Shown piece by piece: positions 24,223-37,699 of a stretch of 64,000 bases of DNA. Source of the stretch: Mobula hypostoma (taxonomy: Eukaryota); assembly GCF_963921235.1 (NCBI RefSeq), contig NC_086097.1, positions 11,346,001 through 11,410,000 on the forward strand. The letters are read 5' to 3'. Numbering within the stretch: position 1 is the stretch's first letter; every line of letters begins with the position of its first letter. Under the pieces are notes generated by a model. That model worked only from the letters and a program-made list of their open reading frames with translations. It made no database searches and was not told the DNA's origin. The position numbers were made by a program, and so were the translations under genes.

Positions 24223-24537
24223 TGATTACTTAAAACGATTCCAAACTTCATTTAAATTACAGGAATTAGGATTGAATAAATTAAGGAAATTTGACTGAAA
24301 CATTTACCTGTTCTTAACTTTACAGTCCAAGCAAAAGTCTCCATTCAAAAGAATGGTACCTTCTTGGTTGCACAGGACAAATCAGAGTTCGAAGGCTAAA
24401 TAGGTGGACAGATTTGGCCCCACCTGGCCTCCAGCAGTGCACAGATGTCAAAGTTCAGAATGCCCTATTAGCCAGCAGTTCTCTGTGGAACCATTAGCTC
24501 ACCAGCAGCATGATCCCTTCCACTGTTCCACAACCTA

Positions 24538-25091
24538 CACTGAGTGATCACTTTATTAGGTATAGCTGTAAACCTGTTCGTTAATGAAAATATCTAATCA
24601 GACAATCATGTGGCAGCAATCATGTATTATTCAATACATAAAAGCATGCAGACATGGTCAAGTGGTTCAATTGTTGTTCAGACCAAACATCAGAATGTGG
24701 AAGAAAAGTGATTTGTGACTTTGACCGTGAAATGATTGTTGGTGGCAGGCAGGGTGGTTTGAGTACCTCAGAACGTGCTGATCTCCTGGGATTTGCAAAC
24801 ACAACAGTCTCAAGAGCTTACAGAGAATTGAGCAAGGAACAAAAAACATCCAGTGAGGGGCAGTTCTATGGACGAGAACACCTTGTTAATGAGAGAGGTC
24901 AGAGGAGAATGGGCAGACTGGTTCAAGCTGATAAAAAGGTGGCAATAACTCAAATAACCACATGTTACAACAGTGGTGCGCAGAGAAAAGTCTCTGAACA
25001 GACAACATGTCAAACCTTGAAGTGGTTGGGTAGAGCAGTAGGAGACCACACCAGGTTCCACTCCTGTACCTAATAAAGTGGCCACTGAATG
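24538..25091 (+). mobile_element. Non-autonomous Tc1-like element
   Basis: TIRs CACTGAGTGATCACTTTATTAGGTA / TACCTAATAAAGTGGCCACTGAATG; ORF 24654-25073 DFDREMIVGGRQGGLSTSERADLLGF..TTVSR is a Tc1 paired-like HTH; no DDE. Confidence 0.85.
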
Positions 25092-27214
25092 TTTATCCTC
25101 CTGTACATAGGTATAAGGAAGGTTTTAATAAAAATATGTTGATGACAACTTTCTGCACTCTTGCATATTTTCTGACATAAGGTGTTTGTGTGAAGGATGA
25201 TAACTATGTCAATGCAAGCAATTTTACAATGGTACTAATGATGCCAAAATATGTAAAGGAACCCACTGGTGCTATCAATTAAACTAAAACAGTATTCCCT
25301 TTAGGATAATTTCTACCTAAGTTAACACGATGTAAAGCCATCTGACATTTCCTTTCTGCTGAAGTACATATTGAAGAATGAGCAGAGAATGATAAAGCAC
25401 TGACAAATTTTGCCGAAGTATCAGTGACTTAGCCTCTTCTCCCATCAGAAAGATCTCCTGCAACTGTTTGCACAACATACAAAGGAACATATAGTTTGAC
25501 AGCATAGATACCAATCAAAAAAATATATGAACTGCCTCATTATCTGATTTATAAAGCTGGAGTCTTCAAATTTCTGCCTATTTGACCCGACTGTATACAA
25601 GGCCATTATACAATTGAGCTACCTGTTGCAAAGCACACAACAACCTAGTTACTTATACTTTTAAGTCAAGACAAGTCAAGTTTAATTATATACATATATA
25701 CCATCAAACAAGACAACGGTTCTCCAGACTAGGGTATAAAGCATTGTAGAATACTGTACATGACACACAACACATAATAACTTATGAAAGTAAGGATAAA
25801 ATCTACAGATAAATTACTAAAGTGCACAAATTAAAGGTTTCAGCCCCAAGCATTGACTGTACTTTTTTCCATAGATGCTGTCTAGCCTGCTGAGTTCCTT
25901 CAGCATTGTGCATACGTAGCATAAATTAAGTATTGTAAGATACAGAGCAGAACTTGAATCTTGAATCTTGAGATTAACCAGTGACTTGTTTCATATGCTT
26001 TCAAAAGATCCCTATTTTCAATGGATGATTTTCCAAAATATGAAGTCCCAAACGAAGATTGCATTTCTTGGGTTAGATATCATGTTTAAATAGTGGAATA
26101 GTTATGTCAACTAGGAATGAATTAGTGGGTTATAGAATGATATATATGGAGACATCACATGGAATTCCATGATTATGCTCACTAAAGAATATCATAGATC
26201 CAAATAATGAATAGAATCCAGTCACATAATATCATCTCTAGTTTGGTGAATAATAGGGTTGACTGATGTTAATTATGACGTCGTAAATGTCCCTGTTCTG
26301 CAGCATTGTGACACCTCTATTCTTCTCAGTCTCTATTCTCTGGCAGCCCAGACTGAGATTGATGAATTAAGTGCTGAAACCAGGCCGGTTGGATTCATGT
26401 CCATCGGGAACTGGATTGAGACTTGCTTTAAATTGGCTTGATGGTGCAGCTTTCCTAATGTGGTCACCATTGGCTCAGTTGCCAGATCAGAATGACAATG
26501 AATCCCTAAACTTGCTTCAAAGAAACCTCATATAGAAAATGATGATTTAGTCAGTAAAATGCACGACAGCATGCTATAAGCTGTAAAAATTAATTTCTCC
26601 ACAGGGTTGAATATTTCTGCTTCAAAAGTCAATATATATGCAGGCACATACAGTAATAGCTCCTTTATTGCAATAATGCATGAATTATTTAAACAACATG
26701 ACCTTTTTATCATGTATCCTTTGAAAGAAACACATTGAAGATGTAAATTTGAAGCTTATTATTATGCAAATATATTCATTGTTAACAATTAGCAATTAAA
26801 CCTGCAGTGTCTACAAAGAGCAGAGCCAAAATTAGCAACTTAATTTATCATTACAAAATTAAAACGTACACAAAATTTTTAAATGGCCATCATAATATTT
26901 CTACTACTTTAGTGTTGTATGCAAAACCTCACACTAAACTGGGAACCACCTTAGTACAGTAAATTTCTGTTAAGTCTTGTGAAGATGGGTTTGAAGTCAT
27001 CTTTCAAGAAGGTACATCATTAACTTAAAAAAATCTACACAACATTTCCAAGGGCCTTCATATCAACCAACAGGTTTGTCCATTCCTTTTCCAATTTCGA
27101 TTCCTCACCAGTATTTTAATATTAGGAACATTTGTACAGTTTGCTGAGCAAGAGTGAGTTTAATGGTTTTGAAACGTCTTGCGCATACCCCATGTTCACG
27201 TAAACATACACCCA

Positions 27215-27272
27215 CCCACCCCCCCCCCACACACACACACACACACACACACAAAAACACACACACCCACCC
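27215..27272. repeat. (CA)n microsatellite with C-run
   Basis: Seen directly. Confidence 0.9.
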
Positions 27273-28194
27273 CTACTCAAACATACAGAGCTCTGCACAA
27301 ATACACACTCGCAATATTCAGTCTGCTAACTTGATCGCTAAGTGACAAATTTCACACCATGAAGCTAGCTATGGTTGAGCGTCAGTCAAGGATGACAATC
27401 AAGTGCAAACCCTCTGCATTTAGAGTCCAACAATCTGTCACAAAATATATCAGCCATTTCTAGTATCATGAAGTAATTTATATTTAAATTAACTGTTAGC
27501 AGTAGTCACTTGCAACTGACTACTCCTTAAATGACTACAGGAGAATAGAAAATTTAATAAAATTTCCATTTACAAATTTGTACCCAATCCCAAATGAAAA
27601 TGGCTTCCATAGTTATGACTTTAAAAGAGAATTATAAAATATCACAGACCCCTTTACACACTATTATTGATGTTGTGCTTTAAATTTAAATTTAAATTAA
27701 ATTCACAGCTGATATATTTTGTGGTTTAACTTCAACTGCTCTAAAATAGGATTTCTCTGGTCTACTTTCATAAGTTTATTTCAAGCTGTGCCAAACCTAG
27801 CACCTATTTATATTTCATTTCCCAGCAGTGGTCTCTACACCTGGTCATATTACAAAACAAAATGGTAAATTAAGGAAAAATGAGGCACCGCTTATTCAAG
27901 ATTCAAGACTCCAAGTTGTTTAATGTTATTTCCAGTACACAAGTGTAAACGATAATGAAATAATTGTTACTCTGGATCCGATGCAGCAGGAAAAAAACAG
28001 AATAAGGTAACGAACACAATAATAAAAGCACAATAAATATGACACATAAGATAGCTTACAGTGCGTACATAGATTGATTATATCTCCATGAAGTGACAGT
28101 AGGTACAGGACTGACTGACAGGAAATGATAAAGTAGTGATAGATGGGGCTGTAGAAGTGTGGATTAGTGGGCGGAGGTGTTCAACAGCGTTAAC

Positions 28195-31100
28195 TGTTGT
28201 GTATTTAATATTTCAGTAATATTTAAATAATATTATGAATATGTTGCTTCATTAAACACTGTTGTTTCTATAATTCATTAAGATTTATATGTAAAATTAC
28301 ATAAATAGCATTCACCATCATGCAACAAGTCATATGCATGCCCCTCACTTAAAGTGAAAATGAAGCTAAAATACACGTTTATCTTGATCGCCCCATGATT
28401 TTCTTTTGATTAGTTTTATGCTTTGGAGTTACGAAACATAACAGTCATGATGAGGAAGTTCTAAATGAACCAAGAAGACTACCTATCTGTTGAAAGGCAG
28501 CAAGACTTTTGAATTTTTAATTGCAGCGAGAAACGGTCGAGTTTAAAAAAAATGATGCAGCATATGCTTCTTCAGAAACAGACAGAAACATCCGAGTTTA
28601 AAAAAAGGCAGAAAATGAATGAATTCAAAGGTTTATAAACAGTGAGTACTGGATGATAATAATAATTAAAAAAAGAGCAGAAATGGTTGGCTACATCAGA
28701 AAGATTGACAATTTCAACTGCACAACACATAACTGGATTTTGTATCCTGGGCAAGTTGAGCAGTATTTTGAAGTAAATTAAATAGCCAATGAAAAGTGAT
28801 GGTCAGTTTTGCTAAGTGCATTAGTTGGAAAGTTATACTTCTTGTTTAGAAGCTTGACTGCTCCAACCAAACCAGCTGAAATGAGCTTTGCTGATCATGA
28901 AAGTAATGCAGAAATATTTAGAACCAAAACTATTGTTGATTGCTGAATGCTTGTTTTCTTAAGCAGAATAAAAAGAAAATGGAATCCATTTCAGCATACG
29001 TGGCTAAATTAAAGCGATTGCCTGAGCATTGTCAGTTCAGTGATTGATTTAATGATGCACTGAGACATTGTTTAGTTTGTGGAATCTTACAAGAAAGAAT
29101 TGAAAAATTGCTCTCAACTGAAGCTCAACTCACAAGTAAAAGAACAGTGATGCAAATGATTTGTAGTCAGGAATGAAAATGAATCTGAACAAAATTACAG
29201 CATCAAAGCAGAAACCAGCTTGGCTGAACAAATTGTGTTACCATGGTGGGAGGGGTTCACATACACCAGACCTATGCAAGTTTGAAGGCAAAACTTGCAG
29301 AAAAGATGAAAGGTTGAAAGGTTCATTTATTATCAAAGTATATAACTCTGAAATTCTTCAGTTCTCCGGGTAGCCATGAAACCAAGAACAAAACCCCCAA
29401 ATCCCACCTCCCCGCAAAAAAAAGGCAAACAAAAATGGTATAGGCACATCAACCCTCAAGACCTCCCTCCCGCACAAAAACCGAGCAAAATGGGTCAGGC
29501 ACATCGACCCCTAAATCCCCCTCCCCACACAAAAAAAAGTGAACAAAAACAGATCAGGCACATCGACCCTCAAATCCCTCAACTGCAATGAAGTAGGAAA
29601 CATACAAAGTGCACATTGGGCAGGCAAAAATAAATGGACAACATAAGGAAGAGATAAAGATAAAAAGTCAAGTTGCAGTTTCAAAAAGCACTAATCTGCA
29701 TGCTGTTGATGAAAAATCTGATAATGACGAGCATGACACAGGACTGGGTAGCCTTGAGATTTAAAATGTGAATACTAACAATAGATAAACAATATGGCTT
29801 ATACCAGAATTGAATGGCAAATTAATTAAAATTGAATTGGACACTAGCTCAGTTGTTTCAATTATTCCACAAAATGAGTTTAGAAGGTATTTCAAAGATA
29901 TGGAACTGAAGCCTGCAGATATCCAGTTAAGAACTTATACAGGAGAAAAGATAACTCCTGTGGGAATGACATTTGTAATAGTGAACTAGAACAACAACCA
30001 AGCTACATCAAGCTTGTGTGAGGTAAAAACAAGGAGGGCCAGCATTGTGAGGGTGTGATTGACCGAGGCAACCACCGTCCACCATTTGGATTCCGCATCC
30101 CCTGCAATAGTGTCAACTGAAAGCAAATTAAGAAAGGTACTGGAAGATGCCACAGCAGTATTCAAGGATGGCACTGGAAATTCAAACATGCCAAGGATAA
30201 GGTAGTGCTAAATGAAAAGGTCACACCCAAGTTTTGCAAAGCCTGTCCGGTTCCTTATAGCATCCGTGATAATGTAGCCAGTGAGCTAGATCATACCCAT
30301 GGGCACTGCCAGTGGTCCAAGTAGCCAAGAATGGGTCTGTCAGGATCTGTGGTGATTTTAAGGTTATTATTAACCCAGTACTGAAAGTAAATCAATACCT
30401 TCTGCCCAGGACGTCTTTGCAAACCTTTTTAGAGGAAAACTCTTCAGCAAAGTGGACTGAGCTGAGGCCTACCTACAGAAGGAGATAGGTGAAGATTCCA
30501 AAGTGTTTCACACCATAAACACTCACAATTAAAGTGTTTAAGGCTTATTAAATAATGCTATAATAGGCTTATTTTTGGGGTAACATCTGTACGTGTATTC
30601 TGGAAGAAAACTATGGACCAGGTGAGTGATGGCTGCCCAGCACTCAGTTTTACTTGGATGACATCAAGCCATGGTGGATGCCCCAAAGCTAAAAGTCATA
30701 TCACAGTTGCATTCCTTTTTAGGATTTATCAATTACTGTAACAGGTTCTTGCCAAACCTGGCTATTATGTTCCACCCCCTGAACTCATTACTACAAATCA
30801 GGAAGAAATGGCAATGGACAAAGCAGTGTGAGGTGGCTTTCAAACAGGTAAAGGAGGTGGCGATGTCAGACACTGTACTCACACATTATGATCCATTTCA
30901 TCCACTGAAGTTTGCTGTGATGACTTGGCTTATGGTATAGGTGCACTCGTGTCATATGTTATGAGTGATGGAAGTGAATGCCAAATAGCCTTTGCATCAC
31001 CTTTCCTTAGCGCTACAGAGAAAAGTCATGCACAGGTTGACAGGGAGTCCCTGAGGCTGGTTTGGGGTGTAAAATGTTTTAACCAGTACTGATATGGGAG

Positions 31101-31692
31101 AGGTTTTATCTTTGTTACTGATGATCAACCACGAGTGTCCATTTTCACTCCATAAAATATAGTTCCACTAACAGCAGCGGCACAAATACAGAAATGGGCT
31201 CTGCTTCTTGAAGCACACAATTACAAAATTTAATTCAAGAGGACAACTGATGGATTGTTCTGTTTACCCTTGGAAAAGGGAATGCCTGAAAAATTTACAG
31301 AAAAGGACACTCTTTTTGACTATTCTCCCTAATGCAAACTGAAAGTCTCCCTATTATGACAGAGAGAAATACATTAATTATTTGAGTTGAGTTGCATTCT
31401 ATCTTGAATTGGAGTTTATAGATTATTAGGGAGAAGTTTTGTGGATTTAATACTTCAGTAAATGTGAGTAATATTCTAAATACTGTATGTTGTTTGATTA
31501 AGCATTCTTTGTTGTTACATAATTCTTTGCTGGTTATATGTAAAAGTACATGAATGACATACGTCATCATGCCAGCACATCATATGTGCACGCCTTATTT
31601 AAAGTAAAAATGAAACTAACGTGTACTCTCTCTATGTTTCTCCATGTTTTTCTTTCAGTTAGTTTTATGTTTTGGAGTTACAAAAGATAATA
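28195..31692 (+). mobile_element. Degenerate Gypsy LTR retrotransposon lacking integrase
   Basis: Similar LTRs at 28195-28443 and 31437-31692, TSD taac/ttac, PPT agggagaag; remnants of gag, protease (IELDT), RT (VRICGDFKV) and RNase H (SFLGFINYCNRFLPNLA..HYDP). Inserted in a Rex-type 3' fragment. Confidence 0.85.
29390..29580. repeat. Imperfect ~57-bp tandem repeat (~3.3 copies) inside a ~280-bp insertion in gag
   Basis: Recurring aggcacatc(a/g)accc..aaatcccc units. Confidence 0.7.
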
Positions 31693-31954
31693 TTACTGCT
31701 TGGGGAAAGTAACTATTTTTGATCCTGGTGGTCCTGGCATGGATGCTACGTGGCCTCCTCCCTGAGGGGAGTGGGACAAACAGTCCATGAGCAGAGTGGG
31801 TGGGATCCTTCATGATATTACTGGCCTTTTTCTGGCACCTTTCTGTATATACGTCCTCGACTGGGGGTAGGCTAGTGTCGGTGATGTGTTGGTCAGTTTA
31901 GGCTCCTGATTGTTGTGTTTTCCTGGCCCCCGGTGTGCAGTTTCCGCAAGTTAA

Positions 31955-32268
31955 AGAAAAATGAAGCTCCCCAGGCCTCCCTTCCCCTTTCTTTCTCCCC
32001 AGGCCTCCCGTCCCATGATCCTCTCCCTTCTCCAGCTCTGTATCCCTTTTGCCAATCAACTTTCCAGCTCTTAGCCTCATCCCTCCCGCTCCTGTATTCT
32101 CCTATCATTTCAGATCTCCCCCTCCCCTTCCCACTTTCAAATCTCTTACTATCTCTTCTTTCCGTTAGTCCTGACGAAGGGTCTCGGCCTGAAACGTCGA
32201 CTGTACTTCTTCCTGTAGATGCTGCCTGACCTGCTGCGTTCCACCAGCATTTTGTGTGTGTTGGTTGA
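31955..32268 (+). mobile_element. Young PLE 3' terminus
   Basis: Pyrimidine tract followed by the terminus ending cagcattttgtgtgtgttg. Confidence 0.8.
32166..32203 (+). ncRNA. Minimal type-I hammerhead ribozyme motif
   Basis: UAGUC-CUGACGA-AGGGUCUCGGCCU-GAAA-CG-UC|GACUG; 5-bp helix I including one U-G pair. Confidence 0.65.
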
Positions 32269-33654
32269 AAAATAAGGCACTTCTTATAAAGTTATTTCAA
32301 AATCCCAACTTAATACTTTTTTATATTTCAAGAGAGCATTATATACTTCGGTCTAATGCAGATTTACAAGATTCTTGCAAGTTCTATGAATTAGTCTAAG
32401 GTTCTTTGTTCATTCTCAGGGCGTCATAGGGAGCTTCATCATCATCTCAAATTACCCTTGAACTAAGAGTTTCCTTGGCCTCTTCAGGACCCACTGAACG
32501 TCAGTCACATTGCTGTGTGTCCAGATTCACTTATTGTCAAAGCATTAGTGAGCCAGGTGGGCTTTTCAATCTTACAGTCGTAATGCTAATTGTAATCTTT
32601 TTAATCATAAGTTACTTAATTGAAATTAAATTCACCAGCTGCCTAGGTGAGACCTGAATGCATTCAGATCCTTTGCCCAGATTTATAGATTACTAATCCA
32701 GTAAGAACAATTGCTCTACCAAGACCTAAATTAGCATAAAAATTGAAGATGAAATATGTAAATCATTCAATCCTTAAAGCTTACTCTATCATTCATAACC
32801 GAGATTCAAGTTTATTTGTCTTGTGTACATTGAAACAAATAGTGAAATACATTGTTTGCATTAACAATCGACACGCTGCAAGTGTCACCCACGACAAATA
32901 GCATGCCCACAATTCTCAATAGAACAACACTAAACACAACAAAGTAGAACACAGAAATCATGACTGACTTTCAACTTTAACTGTACTCTTTTGCATTATG
33001 CTAACAACCAAAACTCCAAGCATCTCTTTGTCCTGCTCTTCCAGCAATTGATTCATGGTTGTTTTCCCCTTGTGATCGAGTACATTCAGCTTGTTTTCAA
33101 ATGAGCAGTTTCAGATCTGTATTAGGTCATTTCCTGTGCAGTCAGGAAGTAGTATTTCAGAAAGCACATTGACTGGCAGAAGGCCAAAGGTTCATGTTAG
33201 GAGCTAAAGAAGTTTCCATCTAAAGCCATCCTGTTGTTTCCCCAGCAGAAGCACAGCTTTCTTACTCCTTATTCACTACATTGTGCCATTAAGTCAGCAG
33301 TAAAACCAAGGAGCTAGGAGGCTATAACCTGACTCTCACGTTATTTTTGAATTGATATTGACTGGTTGTCTAGTTGATGTTACAACACCTCAGCGAGGGC
33401 AGTATTGTCACAGTGGGGGGCGTCAGGAACGGACCCAAATGCAAGACACAGACACTGAAGTACTAGGAACAGGAACAGACAAAACTAAATGATGGGACAG
33501 GATGCAGACTAGGAGCAGGGACAGGAACACAGACTAGGCTAGGGAAGCAGGACCAAGATGAGGGACTGGGGTCAAAGAGCCTGGGCGTGGACTCCGAGCC
33601 AGAGACTGGACAAGGTCCCAGACCCTGGGTCTTGACTCGGGCTCAGACCCCAAA

Positions 33655-33913
33655 ACCAGGCGGAGACGAGACCAGGCTCGGGTTCCCGGAGACCAGGCGG
33701 AGACGTGACCAGGCTCGGGTTCCCGGAGACCAGGCGGAGACGTGACCAGGCTCGGGTTCCCGGAGACCAGGCGGAGACGTGACCAGGCTCGGGTTCCCGG
33801 AGACCAGGCGGAGACGTGACCAGGCTCGGGTTCCCGGAGACCAGGCGGAGACGTGACCAGGCTCGGGTTCCCGGAGACCAGGCGGAGACGTGACCAGGCT
33901 CGGGTTCCCGGAG
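33655..33913. repeat. 37-bp minisatellite, 7 copies: ACCAGGCGGAGACGTGACCAGGCTCGGGTTCCCGGAG
   Basis: Units start at 33655, 33692, 33729, 33766, 33803, 33840 and 33877; there is one substitution, in copy 1. Confidence 0.97.
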
Positions 33914-33979
33914 GCGAGACGAGGACATGACAGGGCAAGGGTCCTTCGAGGCAACTGCTGGGCAGGACGCGGGACTCTA

Positions 33980-34206
33980 CCCCATGGAGGCAAGGACAGG
34001 GAGGGATAGACCCAACCGCAGGGTAACGGCAAACGGCCTGGCTTACCCGATGGAGGCACGGGACAGGAAGAGACAGACCCAACTGCAGGGTACAGCAAAC
34101 TGCCTGGCTTACCTGGCAGAGGCTAGGAACAGGAAGGGACAGAACCAACCACAGGATAACGGCAAATGGCCTGGCTGACCCGATGGAGGCAAGGGACAGG
34201 AAGGGA
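33980..34206. repeat. Imperfect ~65-bp tandem repeat (~3.4 copies)
   Basis: Recurring atggaggca..ggacagga..gacccaac..ggcaaa.ggcctggctta. Confidence 0.8.
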
Positions 34207-35544
34207 GCTAGGCCCAGGGTGGCTCCAGGACTCAAGGTGGCTGGTAGCCTCGGCAGGCTACAGAACAGCCAAATCCATATCTCGATGACTGCACTAGCCT
34301 TCCACCGGTGGATTGCTCCAAGGGGAGACTGACGAGACGACCTAGCAACCACACTCAATTCCAGGGCCGCTTATATTCCCAGCCCCAAGATGAGCATCAG
34401 GTGCTTATGGTTAAGTCCAACTGAAACAAGGGACAGCCGGAAGACCCGGAGTTCAGGGTCCGCGGACCGGACTGTGAACTGGAATGCGGACTTCGGACCA
34501 GACCATGACAAGTATACTACTAATTGTTGTCTTCTATTTACTCATTAGTTAACTATACATGCTTTTTCATGAGTAAAGAATTCCAGAGGTGCTTAAGCTT
34601 TTGAGTGGAGAAAGTTTCTCTCCTCTCAGACTAATATAACAATGAGCGCTTGATCTGCTCTCCTCAGCCAAGGCAAATACACTCAGTCAATGCAAATAGT
34701 CAAATCATTTCTTATTTTGCTGTGTCCATGAAATTTTCAATCAAATTAGTCCTCAGGGATTGACTTTCCTACCCAGGGACAAGTCAAATAAATCTGTTTC
34801 CATTTCTACTGGGAAAGGTAAAAAAGCTAAGAAACCAGCCTCCCCTTCATGGACTCTGTCTACATCTCTTACTGCCTCAGTAAAGCAGCCAACATAATGA
34901 AAGACCCCACCCATCCACCATGGACATTATCTCTTCTCGTCTCTCTGATCAGGCAGAAGATATAAAAGCTTGAAACTATGTACCACCAGCCCAAGAACAG
35001 ATTCTATCCTGCTTTTATGAATGTTTCTCCAGTATGATAACATAGTATAGACTTTTGACTTCACAATCTATGCTGCTATGACCTTGCACCCTTATCTTCC
35101 ACTTGCACTGCACTTTTCATGCCACTATCACATTGTATTTTGCATTCTGTTATTGTTTTACCTTGACCTACCTCAATGGACTGTGTAATGAACAGTTTGC
35201 AATACAAGCTTTTCATTGTACCTAGGGACATGTGACAATAATAAGCCAATTCTGATTCCAATTCCATTATGGTAAGCAATGTCCACATTTCCGAATTAGA
35301 ATCAGAAGCAGAAGCAGGTTTAATATCACTGGCATATGTTGTGAAATTTGTTGTTTTGTAGCAGCAGTACATTACAATATATAATAAAAACTATAAATTA
35401 CAATAAAATATATTTTAAAAAAGTAAGTAAGTAGTGCAAAAACAATGCAAAAATAAATATATTGAGGTAGTGTGCATGGGTTCATTGTTCATTCAGAAAT
35501 CTGATGGTTGAGAAGAGGAAGGTGTTTCTAAGGCATTGAATGTG

Positions 35545-35645
35545 TGTCAGTCCTGATGAAGGGTCTTGGCCTGAAATGTCAACTGTTTACTCTTTTCCAT
35601 AGATGCTGCCTGACCTGCTGAGTTCCTTCAGCATTTTGTGAGTGT
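35545..35645 (+). mobile_element. Isolated PLE terminus with partly degenerate hammerhead motif
   Basis: cagtcCTGATGAagggtcttggcctGAAAtgtcaactg. Confidence 0.65.
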
Positions 35646-35989
35646 GTGTCAAGCTGCTCTTGGAAGTTTTTTGTCTTCTTACTTTTTACTGTCCCATTTA
35701 TATTAGGCACCTTTTGGAATATCCCCAGAGGTACAAAGTGAGGAAATGGGAGTGAACTGTTCTGCTTCCTTGCACTTTCCTCTGTATTTGCTCACATGCC
35801 TCATCAGTAAAACATTGACAGGTGATGCAATAAGTTCTGTAGAAGAGGGAAACTTCCATGTCTTGGCTTCCTATGGGTATGGTTGGCATGGAAGGAGGGT
35901 GAATCTAATATATCGGGAAACAAGTTTGCAGAATTAAAAAAACAATTCCATTTCCAATACCAGTCCATTATGTACTTCAAGCATGGTTC

Positions 35990-36570
35990 CAACAATATAT
36001 AACGTATGAAGGCTTTTCACCTCTAATAAGGTTGCAATAAAGGAGCACACTTCACTGTGGAAGACACTGGCAGTACATTGGAAGTTCCAGGAGTCAGGGG
36101 GCATGAAGTGTGAGAAGTTACCGTCACCACAGAGAAGGTTCTTGGGAAACAGAAAAGTCTGAGGATAGATAAGTAACCTGGACCAGATAGTGTACACCTC
36201 AGAGTTCTGAAAGAGGTGGCTGAGGAGATTGTGGAGGCATTAGTAATGATCTTTCAAGAATCATTAGATTCTGGAATGGTTCCGGAAGACTGGAAAATTG
36301 CAAATGTCACTCCACTCTTCAAGGAGGCAGAGAGGCAGAAGAAAGGAAACAATAGGCCAGTTAGTCTGACCTCATTGTTTGGGAAGATGTTGGAGTCAAT
36401 TATAAGGATGAAGTCCTAGGGTAATTGGAGGCACATGATAAAAAAGGCCATCATCAGCATGGTTTCCTCAAGAGATTTGGGGCTGAGAGGAAAATTTGAT
36501 CAGCCATGCTGAAATGGCACAGCAGACTTAATGGGCCAAATGGCCTAATTCTAGGGTCTTATGGTCTTTA
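35990..36570 (+). mobile_element. CR1 fragment with internal deletion
   Basis: IFQESLDSGMVPEDWKIANVTPLFK..RPVSLTS joined to the 3' UTR. Confidence 0.75.
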
Positions 36571-37699
36571 TTTCTGGTGGAAAAGTATACTTCATGGTGC
36601 TCCGCTGTCAGCATTCCTTCGAGTTTGAGCAAATAGCATAGATGAGTTAATAAACTGAAGCAAGTACAGCAAGTCATAAGAAGAATTAATTCAAGCTATG
36701 AAATCAACTGGGAAGTGTAGGAAAGAAAGAAGTTTGCATTTTCGTAATTTTTATTTGATCTCAGATTTTTTACTATTTGAAATGTTTCTAAGTTCCCTGC
36801 CATTTGCATGATATGTCCTTCCAGTATTAAATGATCTTCTACTTGTCTGGATTAAATTCAGCCCAACCAGTCCACGCCAACCAAGATGTCCACTGAAGTT
36901 CGTCCATTTGCCAATATTTGGCAAATAACCCTCCAACCCTTTCCTATCCATGCATCAATTCAAATGCCTGTTACTTCAAGGTTCAACGGTCAAAGTAGAT
37001 TTATTATCAAATTACATAAGGTATATGTCACCATATACTGTACAATACTGCAGGCCAACTCAATAAATCCAATAATCATAATAGAATCAATGAAACATCG
37101 CACCGACTGGGTGTGCAACAAGTGTGCAAATGACAACAAGTGTGCAAAAGATAACAAGTGTGTAAAAGACAAGTGTGCAAATGCAAAAGGAAAGTAATAA
37201 TAATATTAAATAAACAAGCAATAAATGTCAAGAATAAGAGATGAGGAATCCTTGAAAATACATTCCAGCAATGTGGCAAGTGAAGTTGAGTGTAGTTATC
37301 CCCTTTGGTTCAAGAGCCTGATGGCTGAGGGGTAATCCCTATTCCTGAACCCGGTAGTGAGAGTTCTGAGACTCCTGTAGCTTCTTTCTGATGATTGCAC
37401 TGAGAAGAGAATCTGTCCCTGATGATGGATGCTGTTCTCCTGTGATAACGCTCTGTGCTGATGTGCTCAACGGTGGTGAGGCCTTTACCTGGAATGGATT
37501 GAGCTGTATCCTGATGATCAATATTGTTAATTTACCTACCTCAATCATTTCCTTTTGTGCTTTTGAAGCAATTTAATTGTGTCATTAAACGCCACGTTAA
37601 ACCAAGATTAAATCTATGAATACACAAGGCTTATGAAGCTAATGAAGACAGAATCAGTACATTTCTCTGGATTAGTGGGCAAAGTACAGGCTGTGATTC

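Larger units (their letters stand above)
33406..34510 (-). mobile_element. Young solo LTR (1105 bp) with internal tandem arrays
   Basis: TGTCA...TGACA ends and a perfect 5-bp TSD AGTAT (33401-33405, 34511-34515); GC/CpG-rich; TATA-like AATATAAG on the minus strand at 34370-34377. Confidence 0.85.

Noticed and set aside
33655..33913. CRISPR-like array (37-bp unit)
   Set aside because: Units are head-to-tail with no unique spacers, there are no cas genes, and the context is a eukaryotic LTR.
33534..34358. Long overlapping ORFs (274, 151 and 118 aa)
   Set aside because: Artefacts of a stop-free GC-rich 37-bp repeat read through all three frames.
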